DNA of 64,000 bases. It comes from Chiloscyllium plagiosum (taxonomy: Eukaryota). Every line of letters starts with the position of its first letter. Position 1 is the stretch's first letter. The position numbers and the translations under genes are program-made. Where the stretch lies: NCBI RefSeq assembly GCF_004010195.1, contig NC_057723.1:47146532-47210531 (forward strand), given 5' to 3'. The notes below the pieces were generated by a model. It saw only the letters and a program-made list of their open reading frames with translations, made no database searches and was not told the origin of the DNA. Shown one piece after another: positions 1 to 12,077 of the stretch.

Positions 1-839
1 GAGATGGCAGGTTACAGCGGGATATATATAAGCTGCAGAACTGGGCAGAACGGTGGCAAATGGAGTTCAATGTAGGTCAGTGTGAGGTGATTCACTTTGG
101 TAAGAGTTACAGAAAGATGGGGTACTGGGCTAATGGTCGGATACTTGGTAGTGTTGATGAGCAGAGGGGTCTTGGTGTCCATGTACACAGATCTCTGAAA
201 GTTGCCACCCAGGTAAATAGTGCGGTGAGGAAGGCATATGGCGTACTGGCTTTTATTGGTAGAGGAATTGAGTTCCGGAGTACTGAGGTCATGTTGCAGT
301 TGTATAAGACTCTGGTGCGTCCGCATCTGGAGTATTGTGTGCAGTTTTGGTCGCCATACTATAGGAAGGATGTGGTGGCACTGGAACGGGTGCAGAGGAG
401 GTTTACCAGGATGTTGCCTGGTATGGTAGGAAGATTGTATGAGGAAAGGCTGAGGCATTTGGGTTTTGTTTTCATTGGAGAAAAGAAGGTTTGGGGTGAC
501 TTGATAGAGGTGTACAAGATGTTTAGGGGTTTAGATAGGGTTGACCGTGAGAACCTTTTTGCATGTATGGAGTCAGCTATTACGAGGGGGCATAGCTTTA
601 AATTAAGGGGGAGTTGGTATAGGACAGATGTTAGGGGTAGGTTCTTTACTCAGCGAGTCGTGAGTTCATGGAATGCACTGCCAGTAGCAGTGGTGGACTC
701 TCCCTCTTTATGGGCATTTAAGCGGGCATTGGATAGGCATATGGAGGATAGTGGACTAGTGTAGGTTAGGTGGGCTTGGATCGGCGCAACATCGAGGGCC
801 AAAGGGCCTGTACTGCGCTGTAGTTTTCTATGTTCTATG
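1..839 (+). mobile_element. CR1-clade (HER1-like) LINE 3' part: ORF2 C-terminus and 3' tail
   Basis: ORF 60-764 has CR1 motifs (MEFNVGQCEVIHFG, LYKTLVRPHLEYCVQFWSP, LERVQRRFTR, FFTQRVV..WNALP) and ends in GGGCCAAAGGGCCTGT...TTCTATGTTCTATG. Confidence 0.93.
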
Positions 840-849
840 ATAGTGCGGT

Positions 850-1390
850 CAATGTGAGAACAAGCTGGAGATTTAAATGGCAGGCCACTGGAATCTTGGT
901 GTCATGCTCACAAACTTAACACAGGTGTTCCACAAGGAGATCATCTAATCTGTATATTTTGCAATGCAGAGCTCACAGCAATGTATTGTTTAACTTGGAA
1001 GGAGTGGCTTTGCACCCTTTAGTAGTGAAAAGGAAGGAAGCAAAAGGGCTGTATTACATCATCTATACTATAACAGTAAGGTGCCATTGGAAGAAGGAGG
1101 GCAATTGAGGAGTGGATAAGGGAGTCAGGGAGAGAACAGTCCCTTCAGAATGCTGCAAGTGGAAGTGGGGGGAAGACATGTTTAATGGTGTTATTATGGT
1201 GGAGTTGGCAGATATGGTAGGCATTGATCCTTTGAATTAATCTCTCCCGCTTTGAACCCTTTTATTACAGACTCTATTATTGCAGACCGTTCCTTCTGTT
1301 CTTTTCTCTGCCTCTCCCTGCTTACTAAAAATAATTACACCTCGAACTTTTCGTAGGTCTGATGAAAGACCATTGACCTGAAATGTTAGG
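850..1390 (-). mobile_element. Old Penelope-like fragment (GIY-YIG region) followed by an inverted terminal-repeat piece with a decayed hammerhead
   Basis: 850-1230 aligns by eye to 3480-3835; a plus-strand CTGATGA...GACCTGAAATGTT motif lies at 1359-1388. Confidence 0.6.
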
Positions 1391-2579
1391 TTGAAATTTA
1401 CACATTTTTGCTAATGTGTCAGTTTTGTTGAATTTAACGGAGAGTTTCTCTCCATGAAGCCCAGTGGGGTTTCTCACCATGATGTATCAAACCTGCCTCA
1501 TTCATTACCTATCTCCCCTCTATTCTCACCCAAGTCTAGTCTCATTCTACCATTTGCCATACCAGGAACAGCTCGCCTCTGCCTAGATACCCACAATGAA
1601 TCAATATCCTTGGCACTGGTACTATCTTTTAAAGACCATTGTTCACTTAGATAAGAAAAGCTAGTCCAGATTTGCCCTGTACAATTCCTGCTATTTATCC
1701 TTGACATGGCAGACAAAGGAAATATTGGCACCCAACTTTGTGAGTAGGAACATGGAGGTCCTTGTGGACAGGATAGTGTAGATGTACAATGCCTCTCCCT
1801 CAGGACCTGTAATGGAGGCCACAACATTAGATCATTTCAGCCTTGACCAGACCAGTCTTGTCAGAGATTGCCATCCTGATCAGTGCAGTCACAGACACCT
1901 GGAGGAATGGGCAGCACTATAGGAAAAAGGTTAATGATCATCTCCACTCCATCAAAAAAACTGCCATCGCCTTCTCTTCAACATCTCATTCTCAGTCTAC
2001 CTCTGCTTTATCACCCATTTCATACCAAACCTCATGCTCCACTGCTCTCACTACTGCCTGCAACATCTTAACCCACCTGATGTCATTCACTCCTATCCCT
2101 GGCACATTCAACCCTATATGCCCTCTGCGCTATCTACTCACTCACTCAGGACACCTCCTCACCTGTGCCAAAGGTAACAGCTGTGCCAACCACTTTTATC
2201 TTCCTTAATACTAATCTCTCTCTCATTCCACTATCCACAATCAGGCAAAAAGAGTCAAGGTGTGAGTGGGGCTGCCTGACATTTTGCTCCTCACCCTTTA
2301 AAGGAGATGATCCTGATTCTGATCATCCCCAGCAGCTGATTGACTGACTGTTTTCAAACCCCAGATTTTAATCTGAAGCTGCCCTTGACTTACTGTGCAA
2401 GGACCCCCTGAATGTAGGTTATCTCTCTTAACTTTACTGAGGACTGCTGACAACCAGGACAAGACTCCTGGCTTTGTGTTTGTTAAATGGTACAGTAATA
2501 CAACAATACTGTCAGCTTGGTATCTCTGGCTGAGGGGCAAGATGCGCAAAGGCAAGGGCGGGGTGCTGTGACCATTCAG

Positions 2580-3837
2580 GGAGAAAGTGAGGTCTGCAGA
2601 TGCTGGAGATCAAAGTTGAAACTTTATTTCTGGAACAGCACAGCAGGTCAGGCAGCATCCAGGGAACAGGAGATTCGACGTTTCGGGCACAGGCCCTTCT
2701 TCAGGAATGAGCAGAGAGTGTTCAGCAGGAGAAGATAAAAGGTAGGGAGGAGGGACTTGGAGGAGGGGCGGGGGAAATGTGATAGGTGGAAAGAGGCCCC
2801 ACCTACGTTCGTGACACCACCCACGCCCTCCACCTCCTCCAAGGCTTCTGTTTCCCCGGCCTCCAACGCTTCATCTTCACCATGGATATCCAATCCTTCC
2901 ATCCGCCATGACCAGGGCCTCCAAGCCCTCTGTTTATTCCTCTCCAGGTGTCCCCAACAGTACCCTTCCACTGACACTCTCATTCGTTTGGCCGAACTGG
3001 TCCTCACCCTTAACAATTTCTCCTTCGAATCCTGGTTGAAACTTTATTGCTGGAACAGCACAGCAGGTCAGGCAGCATCCAGGGAACAGGAGTTTCGGGC
3101 ACAGGCTCTTCTTCAGGAATGAGCAGAGAGTGTTCAGCAGGAGAAGATAAAAGGTAGGGAGGAGGGACTTGGAGGAGGGGCGTTGGAAATGTGCTAGGTG
3201 GAAAGAGGTCAAGGTGAGGGTGATAGGTCGGAGTAGGGTGGGGGCGGAGAGGTCAAGAAGAAGACTGCAGGTCAGGAAGGCGGTGCCGGGCTGGAGGGAT
3301 TCGGCTGAGACAAGGTGGGGGGAGGGGGGATGAAGAAACTGGTGAAGTCCAAGTTCATCCCCTGTGGTTGGAGGGTTCCCAGTCGGAAGATAAGATGCTC
3401 CTCCTCCGACCGTCGGGTTGTTGTGGTTTGGCGGTGGATGAGTCCAATGACCTGCATATCCTCGGTGGAGTGGGAGGGGGAGTTGAAATGCTGTGCTACA
3501 GGTTGGTTGGGTTGGTTCGTCCGGGTGGCCCAGAGGTGCTCTCTGAATCGCTCCGCAAGTAGGCGGCCTGTCTCCCCAATATAGAGGAGGCCAGACCGGC
3601 TGCAGCGGATGCAGTAGATGATGTGGGTGGAGGTGCAGGTGAATGTGTGGCGGATATGGAAGTTTCCTTTGGGGCCTTGGAGAGGAGTGAGGGGGGAGGT
3701 GTGGGCGCAAGTGTTGCACCTCCTGCGGTTGCACGGGAAGGTGCCGGGAGTGGTGGTTGGGTCGGTGGGGGGTGTGGATCTGACAAGGGAGTCGCGGAGG
3801 GAGTGGTCTCTACGGAAAGCTGATAGGGGAGGGGAGG
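2580..3837 (-). mobile_element. Young 5'-truncated, rearranged Penelope-like element (terminal repeat, inverted RT fragment, terminal repeat plus GIY-YIG end)
   Basis: TSD GTGACCATTCAG at 2568-2579 and 3838-3849; minus strand gives EEEHLIFRLGTLQPQGMN; plus strand 2798-3031 gives PTYVRDTTHAL..FTMDIQS..LAELVLTLNNFSFES. Confidence 0.92.
2673..2708 (-). ncRNA. Minimal type I hammerhead ribozyme motif of the PLE terminal repeat
   Basis: Reverse complement reads AUUC CUGAAGA A GGGC CUGU GCCC GAAAC GUC GAAU: stem I AUUC/GAAU, intact core, stem II, palindromic ACGU stem III. Confidence 0.85.
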
Positions 3838-4379
3838 GTGACCATTCAGATTGGTCGAAGTGAGTGAGTGCTATGAGAGAAAACCAATAGGCTAGAGATG
3901 CAGCCTGGTCCAGTCCAGGAGCTGAGTGCCTATCTCTGAGCGCACAATGTTCTTACTGTAACATTGCAATGGTAGTTGCCATTGCACTCTGAGGTGCAGC
4001 ATTGAAGAACTGAAGTATCCTGTAAGTGGATCAGAGATGTGCCATGAGGGTTGATAGAGGGTAGCAAGTCAAATGCCAATGTCTTTGGATGGTGGGGTGT
4101 GTATGGCCAATACCCATGGAGATATTTGTATGTGGTGTCCAACATTGAAATGCTGTGGAGTGAACAGCAAACTGAAGTCACCAGGTACCTGTTCTGATTT
4201 CTATATTGAGAATTCTCCATGTCCAGTTTGCTTGTTGTGTGTAGTAAAGTTGAAAAGTGCATGCTAACGTGTCAAGATCTGCAATTAATCAGGTTGTTAA
4301 CAAACAATAATCCCCTTTAATAGGATACTCATCAAAGCCTAGTGAGAATCCTGCCTTGATGCCCAGAACTTAGTTCAAA

Positions 4380-5047
4380 GATTCAGCAAGTTCTTCCCAA
4401 TGTCAAGATGCCTCGTTGAACATCTTGAACCAGTCTGCCTAATTCTGTTCAGTAACCCCATAAGTAACATCCATTAAGTCTGTTTCTCTACCTGCCATGT
4501 TGAATTCCACCAGCATATTATGTTTTTGTTTCAACAAATCTTCATGTTTAGTTGTTTAGTTGTTGTCTTCTTATTTTGAAGAATGTAATTAAATAATTTG
4601 ATAATGATGGAATACATATGTGCGCGCAAGATGTGTTGTTGCATAACATAGAATAATATGAGCCTGTATGGCATTGTGATCAGTAAACTCTCCACTGAAA
4701 AATAGGTTTGATGACTTTAATGATTTGAAAGGTCATCGAGAAAAATTGTTGTGTAACAAGTTGTACAGGATATGAATCTTTGTTTTAAGCCAGCACTGTT
4801 TGAGACTGGATCTGTAAGTCTTAAATCTTCACGATAGGATTGGGTTTGAACATTGACCTTTTTTTCTGTTGCAGGAGCTACATGACCTTGGTTGTTGGAA
4901 AATCCACTGGGAAATGTTTCTTCTTCCAACCATTGCATGTTCATTGATTTTTGTTTGCTTTCCTAAGATATTTTTGTGCGACAATAAAGTTGCATAGTCA
5001 ACAATATCCTCACAAGTATCCTGCACTTACTGAATACCACGTCTGCA
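4380..5047 (-). pseudogene. Possible ancient KDZ (Zisupton/HMGXB3-like) transposase fossil
   Basis: CRRGIQ*VQDTCEDIVDYATLLSHK, then after a frameshift FSNNQGHVAPATEKKVNV..DPVSNS, resembles KDZ motifs in the expected order. Confidence 0.35.
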
Positions 5048-5639
5048 TTATTTCAAATTATTTAGAGGAACAGACGAATTTAGAACTGTGAATCTGGAAT
5101 TTCAGTCACTTATGGAGTTGTATATAGATGCTAGGGGTGTTAGTGGGGGGTGGGGGATGGTGGGATGGTGGGGGAATAGAAAATTTCACACTTACAGTAT
5201 ATTGTTGGTCGTCTAAGGGATGCAATGGTAACTTGCAAAGGTAAAATTCCATTTAACTACTACTTGGTGTTGAGCTCATGAACAGTTTCGTAAGTCAAAG
5301 CTTGGAATTTTCCATTGAGAAACACAGGAAAAACAGAGTTCAGCTGTTGGGAATACATCATGGAGTTGTGAGTGTTAATGAATGCTGTGTGCAAACATTG
5401 GAAGTTTTAGCCTCAAATGCACATGCAGTGGTACAGAGTTGCCATCACTGACAGTGCGAGGCTAACCTCTAGACCCTACGAAGTGTGAGAGTTTGGAGAG
5501 TCTTTTTGGTTTCTGGCTTCACTTGAGCATCAGAGATTGATTGATGAAGATCTGGCAAATGAATAAGCAGCAAGGTAGAAGTTGAAATGAGATGAGGGCA
5601 GATAATTTTGACATTGTACAGAGTAGCGAAAAGAGATTC

Positions 5640-6410
5640 GGCAGATTCATTGTCCTAGCCAGGAGGAGGCAAGAGTAATGCAGGAGGAGACAATGCCTTT
5701 CTAGGCAGATGGTTTTGGACATTTGTGTTCTGGTTCACAATATACTAAGACCTTGTTGACTACAGTCCTCTAGCTTCAGCTGTGAAAAGTGCTGTGGGGC
5801 TTCATTTTAACACATCTTCGTCATTCCAGAGATCTGCTGTGGTCATAGTCAGTAGCTTATCTCACCATCAGGCAGTTCACAAATGCCCTATTCCAGAGGG
5901 CAGGCACTACATTTATTTTAAGAGATGAGTCAATACAGACTCCAGGAGGCATTTGGATTTACTGTTGCCGAAAGATTCCTACAGATTCAGAGATTCATTG
6001 ATTGTACCCAATTGGCCATTAAAGGGTCGATGTAGCTGACACATCCCTGAACAGAAAAGGATTCTGCTCAATGACTGTTCAGCAGGTGTCTAACCACAGG
6101 GCATATATCTTGTTCCCAGTCTGTGCTTGGTTTCTGAGCAGCTATTACGATATTTTTCTCCTCTGATAGTCCCAAGCCGTACCAATTCAGACCAACATCT
6201 AGACTTTGTTGAAAGTTGTTGCCTCCCAACTGATACCCAGACATTAATGTAGAAAACTGAAGGTGAACACAAGTGTGGTCTGACAACTGGACCTCTCAAC
6301 AGCCTCTTCGCCTGCTACAGTCCTTTCATAGTGCCTTTCCATTTGGGATGAGGCCATCATTGGAGATGTGACTGACCTCTACTTCAATAATTTCTGGGTC
6401 ATCAGTGAGC
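5640..6410 (+). pseudogene. Harbinger (HARBI1-like) DDE transposase remnant
   Basis: IDCTQLAIKG near 5997-6026 and NRKGFCSMTVQQVSNH near 6050-6097 match IDCTHV and NRKGFHS.NVQ.VCD; many stops and indels. Confidence 0.75.
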
Positions 6411-6430
6411 CTCACTCATTCTGTGAACCT

Positions 6431-6628
6431 CAGCAAGAAGTGGTGGATGTGGGCACAATTACAACATTTAAAATGTATTTGGATAAGCACATGAGTACGG
6501 GAGGTTTGGAGGGATGTGGGCCAAGAGCAAGCAGGTGGGACTAAGTTAGTTTGGGATTCAGCATGTTCAGCATGGACTGGTTGGACTGAAAGGTCTGTTT
6601 CCATGCTGTATAACTCTGTGCCTATGAT
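6431..6628 (+). mobile_element. HER1/CR1 LINE 3' end
   Basis: GAAGTGGTGGATGTGGGCACAATTACAACATTTAAAA...GGTCTGTTTCCATGCTGTATAACTCT; same family as 34780-35180. Confidence 0.85.
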
Positions 6629-6992
6629 ACCGCAGTGGTACTTCATGCAACTCTCCAAGGAATTCGCCACCCTCTCCATGTACTCAAATCAATGCTAGCA
6701 ATCAGTCCTGTGTTCAAAACAATGAGATGCCATGAAGTGCCTGTGGTGAGTAGACTTCTCTATGTTCTGCTTTTGGCTCTGCAATGCCACAAGGGTCTTC
6801 AACAACTTCCTCTGGTGCTCCAGAAAGACTTTCCTTGTGTATTACACTCTGAAAGCCTGTACCTTTACCCAGTTCTGTGTCCTCCAAGGGAGATTGTTCA
6901 CAATTGATTCTGCCTCACTTTGCCCATTCTGCTCAATCATGAAATGGAAATCACCCTGTAACATCCATTCTGCACTTGAGTAAGTTCTAACT

Positions 6993-7083
6993 AGTGGTTG
7001 CGTTGGTATTATTGTTACTATTGCTAGGCTATTAATACAGAGACCCAGTTAATGTTCTGGGGGCCTCAGTTTGAATCCTGTTA
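6993..7083 (+). mobile_element. 5' head of a second tRNA-derived SINE family
   Basis: Matches the reverse complement of 28915-29000. Confidence 0.65.
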
Positions 7084-7422
7084 GTGGCACAGTGTCTCAG
7101 TGGTTAACACTGCTGCCTCACAGTGCCAGGGATCTGGCTTCGATTCCACCCTCGGTTGACTGTGTGGAGTTTGCACATTCTTCCTGTTTCTGTGTGGGTT
7201 TCCTTCAGGTGCTCTGGTTTCCTACACTGTCCAAAGATATGCAGGTTAGGTGGATTGGCTATGTTAAATTGCCCATAGTGTCCAAGAATGTGCAGGTTAG
7301 TTGGATGGAAAATGCAAGGTTACAGAGATAAGGTGGGTCTTGGAGGGATGGTCTTTGGAGGGGTGGTGTGGACTCGATGGACAGAATGGCCTGCTTCTGC
7401 ACAGTAGGGATTCTATGATTCT
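7084..7422 (+). mobile_element. HE1 SINE (older subfamily)
   Basis: tRNA-like head, GTGTGGAGTTTGCACATTCT body, CR1-type tail GGGATTCTATGATTCT. Confidence 0.88.
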
Positions 7423-9627
7423 GTTCAAGGATTCTAACTGAGGTGGGTGTGTCTGTGCTGTGGATGATAGTCAGCAATAATGTGACACGTCTCTCAATTA
7501 GCGATAAAGAGAGAAAGATTTATGAGAAGTCTGTTCTACTTAATCATTAGAACATAACATTTACAGGAGAAATTGTATTCCTTGGTAATGCTTCCTGTTC
7601 AAACATTCATTGTATATGAGTGTTGACATCTCAGTGATGCTACTGCCCACATAGTCTACAATATTACGGAGAACTATGGTCACTCAGTCTGTCAGCTTGT
7701 GCACATGCTGTTGCATACAGAGTTAGACCCTTGTAACCCAGATGTTCTTTACCACTCACCTTTTCAGACCTTATTACATCATTGAAGCACTCTTGGTACT
7801 GCACCCACATTCTCCAAATGATGCCTTAGCTCCTAGCCTCTGTGCTCACCTCTGTCCATGCTTTCTTGGTCTAGCTGCAAGGTTTTCTTTGTTCAGATAG
7901 AGGAAAGAGCTGGTCTCTCCTTTCTGTGACGGTGGCCGTCAATGACTCAAGGAAGAGATTAAAGAAAGGTGTGGCTTTCAGGGATGCCTGTGTAGATCAG
8001 CACTGACCAAGAGAGCTGCTCCATTCCCAAAGAGAATAGCAAGTTCAGTTATGGCTGCTGTTTGCTTTTTAAAGGTGCCCACTGTCACCCAGTCACACCT
8101 CCAGGCCTCTTCTGATGACATTAATTGGGTGCCAAACTAACCTCAGGCCCAGTTGCAGCCTTTTTCTTTAAATGTTTTATCACATCATGGTGCAATGTTG
8201 AGTCAGGACTTGGAATTTGTCTGGTTGTCAGGTGCTTGATTTTGGATTAAAAATCTCGACCATGATATCTGAGGTTTTTTAACACTGGATTTATCTTCAT
8301 AAAAGTTATGGATCAGTTGCTGACTAAGATTCTAAGTTGCAGAACTCCTATTATAATTTTTCATCAGAACTATCTCCCATCACTGATATCAACATAATTG
8401 AGGCAAAATATCCCAGAATTTTCAGGCCAGATTACATTAAATGCAAATTGAGTTTATGTATTTTTTTGTGTTAGTTTTAAGAACATTGATTCTTAAAAGC
8501 TCACAAATCTAGACACAACTAAGATGACTAATCTCCCTTGGAAATTTTAGCTAATTGCACTCATTTGAAGACCTTCATGGAATCTTCAATATTTAATCTG
8601 GAATTTTTGTACACAGGGATACTAACTGATCTGTGTTCAAAGATTTTGAAAGTTTGATTTTACTTACTACGAAGATGATACAACAGCACCTCAATCTAAC
8701 TAGAAAATAATTCTGTACTTCATTAAAAGTATACGTCAATAGTTTAAATTTAGGTTAATCAAGTTTGTGCATTGACACTAATTGATTTTATTTGGAGGAA
8801 GCATGTTTTCAACTGCATTAATTAAGATTTGTCAAGTTGTTCCTCTTTAACTATATTAAGCCACACACTTTTAAAGCAAAATTTTAATTTTAGAAAGCTG
8901 CCCAACTATGCAAGTTAGGTTTGAATGGGAGAATTGGAAGCATAAAAACATATTTTAAAATGGGTGCAATTTTGAATGTAATTTGATCTTGAATCAACAG
9001 ATATGCTTGAAATGGAAACTCTACCCCTCAGAGTTTGACCTTGGAACTGCCTGTAACTGTGAAGAATTTTTGTGGGGAATTTAAGAATATGAATCTGTAG
9101 CATGAAACAGACTCTGTAAGCTGAATTGGAATAACCTGAACTACAAGTCAGCTTGAGTTTTCCATATTTGAATTCAGAGTTCCAGTCTGTAGCTGTCAAG
9201 AGAAAAAATAAATTCATATTTTAGCTATTTAAACCTGAAAGATTCACACATCCAAGATATTAACTTGTTTCTGCAGATGTTGATTGATCTGTTATTTCAT
9301 ATTTCCTTCACTTACACATATTTAGTATTTTAATAAATTTATCTTGTGTTGTCCCAATGACTTGAGGGCACCTAGGAATGGACAATAAATACTGGCAAGT
9401 CACTGAAGCACAGATCTCTTGAATGAGTAAGAATAACGTGCACTTTTTCAGTGTTAGACTCATTATAGTTAGATACAGTGCAGGTTGGGATGCCAGTCTC
9501 CAGTTAATCTTTCCTGTGGATGGATCAGAATCTGTTTAATATTTATGATCTGATTTACTGTTAACTCTGGCTGGAAGGGAATCCAGGAGATTTGATTACA
9601 TGATGGTCTTATGATGTAATGTCTTTT

Positions 9628-10240
9628 TATTTGGGATTATGCTTGGCATTATGTTTGGCATAGACTGGTTGAACCAAAGGGTCTATTTCCATGCTCTATG
9701 ACTCTGTGATTCTATAACTCTCTGACATCTGGTCAGGTGACATTTCCAAACGTTATTGTATTTAGCTGATAATGGTGTATTTAGAAAACACAAGGTAATC
9801 ATAAAGAGTTTACATAGTTTTGTGCAGAGGAAATCATGTTAAACTAACTTCTTAAATTTTTTGGAATGAGTAATGTGTGATGTGAATAAAGGAGAGCCAG
9901 TAAATGTACTGTAACTAGATATCCAGAAGGCAACTCATATTGTACTATGTCTAAGCAGATTACAGAAAAGTTTGGGTTAGGGGGTAGCATATTAGCATGG
10001 ATAAAAGATTCGATAGTTGGTGGAAAACAGAGAGTGTGCATAAATAGGTCATTGTCTCAAAGAGCACTGATAGAGGGGACATTGAATATTTTAGGGCAGA
10101 CACAGATCAATAGGTTAGGCAATAGGCTAGGTAGCAATATGGAATGCAAAACACAAGTAGATCACTTATGACCTTATTGAATGGTCGAGTGGATTTAAAA
10201 GGTCAAATAACTTATTTATGTTCCTATTTCTTATGTTTGT
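9628..10240 (+). mobile_element. HER1 tail (9628-9720) and old CR1 RT/3' fragments
   Basis: Tail GGGTCTATTTCCATGCTCTATGACTCT; decayed RKSC.TN.L.FF...LDIQKA and ILAWIKD...KQRVCIN. Confidence 0.7.
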
Positions 10241-11539
10241 ATATGACTGGGATTTGGCTGAGATGCTCTCAGACATCCAAGTTCTGGCAGTAGACTAGAC
10301 CTCGAGAAAACAGGATTGAAAGTTTACCTGAACAACAGTAGTGTCTTCACCTAAGAAAATTGCTTCATCTATGAAGGATGGTATTCTCCAAAATTCCATG
10401 GCAGTTATTTGGATAGAATAAAATATGAAGCAAAGGCACAACAGTCAGTATGATGGCCCAGCAAATAAAATTCCACAAGAGTATCTTGTTTTGACATGTT
10501 ACACTTCTGCTATCAACAATGAAACACCTACTGAATGTTTGCTACAATCAATCTTCTTATCTAGACCTTGGTAAAAGATCAGATTTACTCGGTTTTGATT
10601 TCAGAAGGAAGATTTACTTTAGAATAATAGATTACCACTCTCATGGGCTGGTGATCTGCAGAATCCATATCATGGAAAATGTTTTAAAATGTAATTTTTT
10701 CTAACATGATATTCTGGATAAAATAGTATCAGATTACTATCTGCTGTTCATAAATGAAACATTTCTGACAATTCACTGAAGAGTATATATTTCATTAGGT
10801 GACCACTTAGCCAATCCACCTGCAAGCTATTGGACAAGTGGAGAGAAGTTTAGTAACAATTAAAATACTTCTCGGGAACTCCATTGTTTCAGCCTGGAAA
10901 AGAGTTTATTGACCATTTTTCTCTGTTCCCTATCACTCAGCCAATTTTACATCCAAATTGCTATTGTCCCTTTTATTCGATGTTCTATAAATATTCTCAC
11001 AAGTGCTCAAAGAGAGGAAGATCAGAGAAGAATAATTGAAATAATTGGACATCTGACAAAAATAAGATTTGGAGAAACAAAATCACACCAAGTGAAAAGA
11101 AGCAAAAGAGGTAAATTGGTTTTCCATCTGTATTTTGCAATATAATGTACCGATTCTTATCTGAAATGTTTAATCTGTTAATCTACTTGTTAAATTAGTA
11201 GGAAAACATCCCTTGAAGAGTATGACTTCATTGTTTTTCCCCGTGACAGGGAAATTTCCTATTCATTTGATCTGAGGCAATCTGTAAATGGGCTCACCTC
11301 ATTAATAAGATGTACTCTTGGTGGGAAGAGAAGGAGAAAATAACTGAATTGTTGCAATCTACTGTTTAACACTTGATGGAAATGCTTTCAAGTGGCTGAT
11401 ACAGACTCTTTTGACACTTCCATCATCAGTTACCTTTCAAAGTTCAGAGTGCATATTTACTTAGAAGTTGCCTAAAATGCTTGAGAATCCTACAGTACAG
11501 ATTGAACCTGTCAAGAGGCAATGCTTTATATGTCTATAT

Positions 11540-11762
11540 GAAAAGAAACAGTAGTAGGCCATTCAGCCCCTTAAGCAGTGCTCTATGACTCAATAAGATT
11601 ATGGCTGATTTGTTGTGTTTCAAATTTCACATTGTCATGTACTCCCAATAACCTAAGGTTCTTGTTAAGCAAGGGAATCGATCAACTTCTGCTTTGAAAA
11701 TTCAATAATCCTGCTTCCTCTGATGTCTGAGGCAGAGTTACAAAGTCACACAAGCCTCTGAG
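11540..11762 (-). mobile_element. CR1 LINE 3' end
   Basis: GTAGGCCATTCAGCCCCT...AATAAGATTATGGCTGAT is the reverse complement of a CR1 tail. Confidence 0.7.
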
Positions 11763-11765
11763 TGA

Positions 11766-12077
11766 GGGTGGCATGGTGGCTCAGTGGTTTGCACTGTTGC
11801 CTCTCAATGTCAGTATCAGTTTGAATCTAGCCTTGGGAGACTGCCTGCGTGGAGTTTGCACATTCTTTATGTGCCTGCATGGGTTTCTTCTGGGTGTTCC
11901 GGTTTCCTGTCACAGTCCAAAGATGTGCAAGTTCGGTGGATTGGCCATGCTAAATTGTCCTTAGTGTTCAGGGATGTGTAAGTTAGGTGCATTAGTCATG
12001 GGGGAATGGGTCTTGGAGGGTCGGTGTGGACTTGTTGGGCCAAAGGGCCTGTTTCCACACCATAGGGGTTTTATGAT
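11766..12077 (+). mobile_element. HE1 SINE
   Basis: GGGTGGCATGGTGGCTCAGTGG...GGGCCTGTTTCCACAC. Confidence 0.88.

Larger units (their letters stand above)
1440..4385 (+). mobile_element. Decayed PIF/Harbinger-derived element with a Myb/SANT-like ORF remnant, interrupted by a Penelope insertion
   Basis: From ATG 1706 broken frames give MADKG..APNF..MEVLVDRIV...TRPVLSEIAILISAVTDTWRNGQHYRKKVND, resembling the trihelix pattern W.EIA..VSA....R...QCRKK.ND; sub-terminal inverted match GGTTTCTCAC / GTGAGAATCC. Confidence 0.6.

Noticed and set aside
2934-3734. 266-aa Pro/His-rich ORF
   Set aside because: Off-frame read through the Penelope GIY-YIG region and terminal repeat.
6630-6980. Possible Tx1/L1 ORF2 fragment
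   Set aside because: Only vague similarity (FLW, CPFC); too weak to call.
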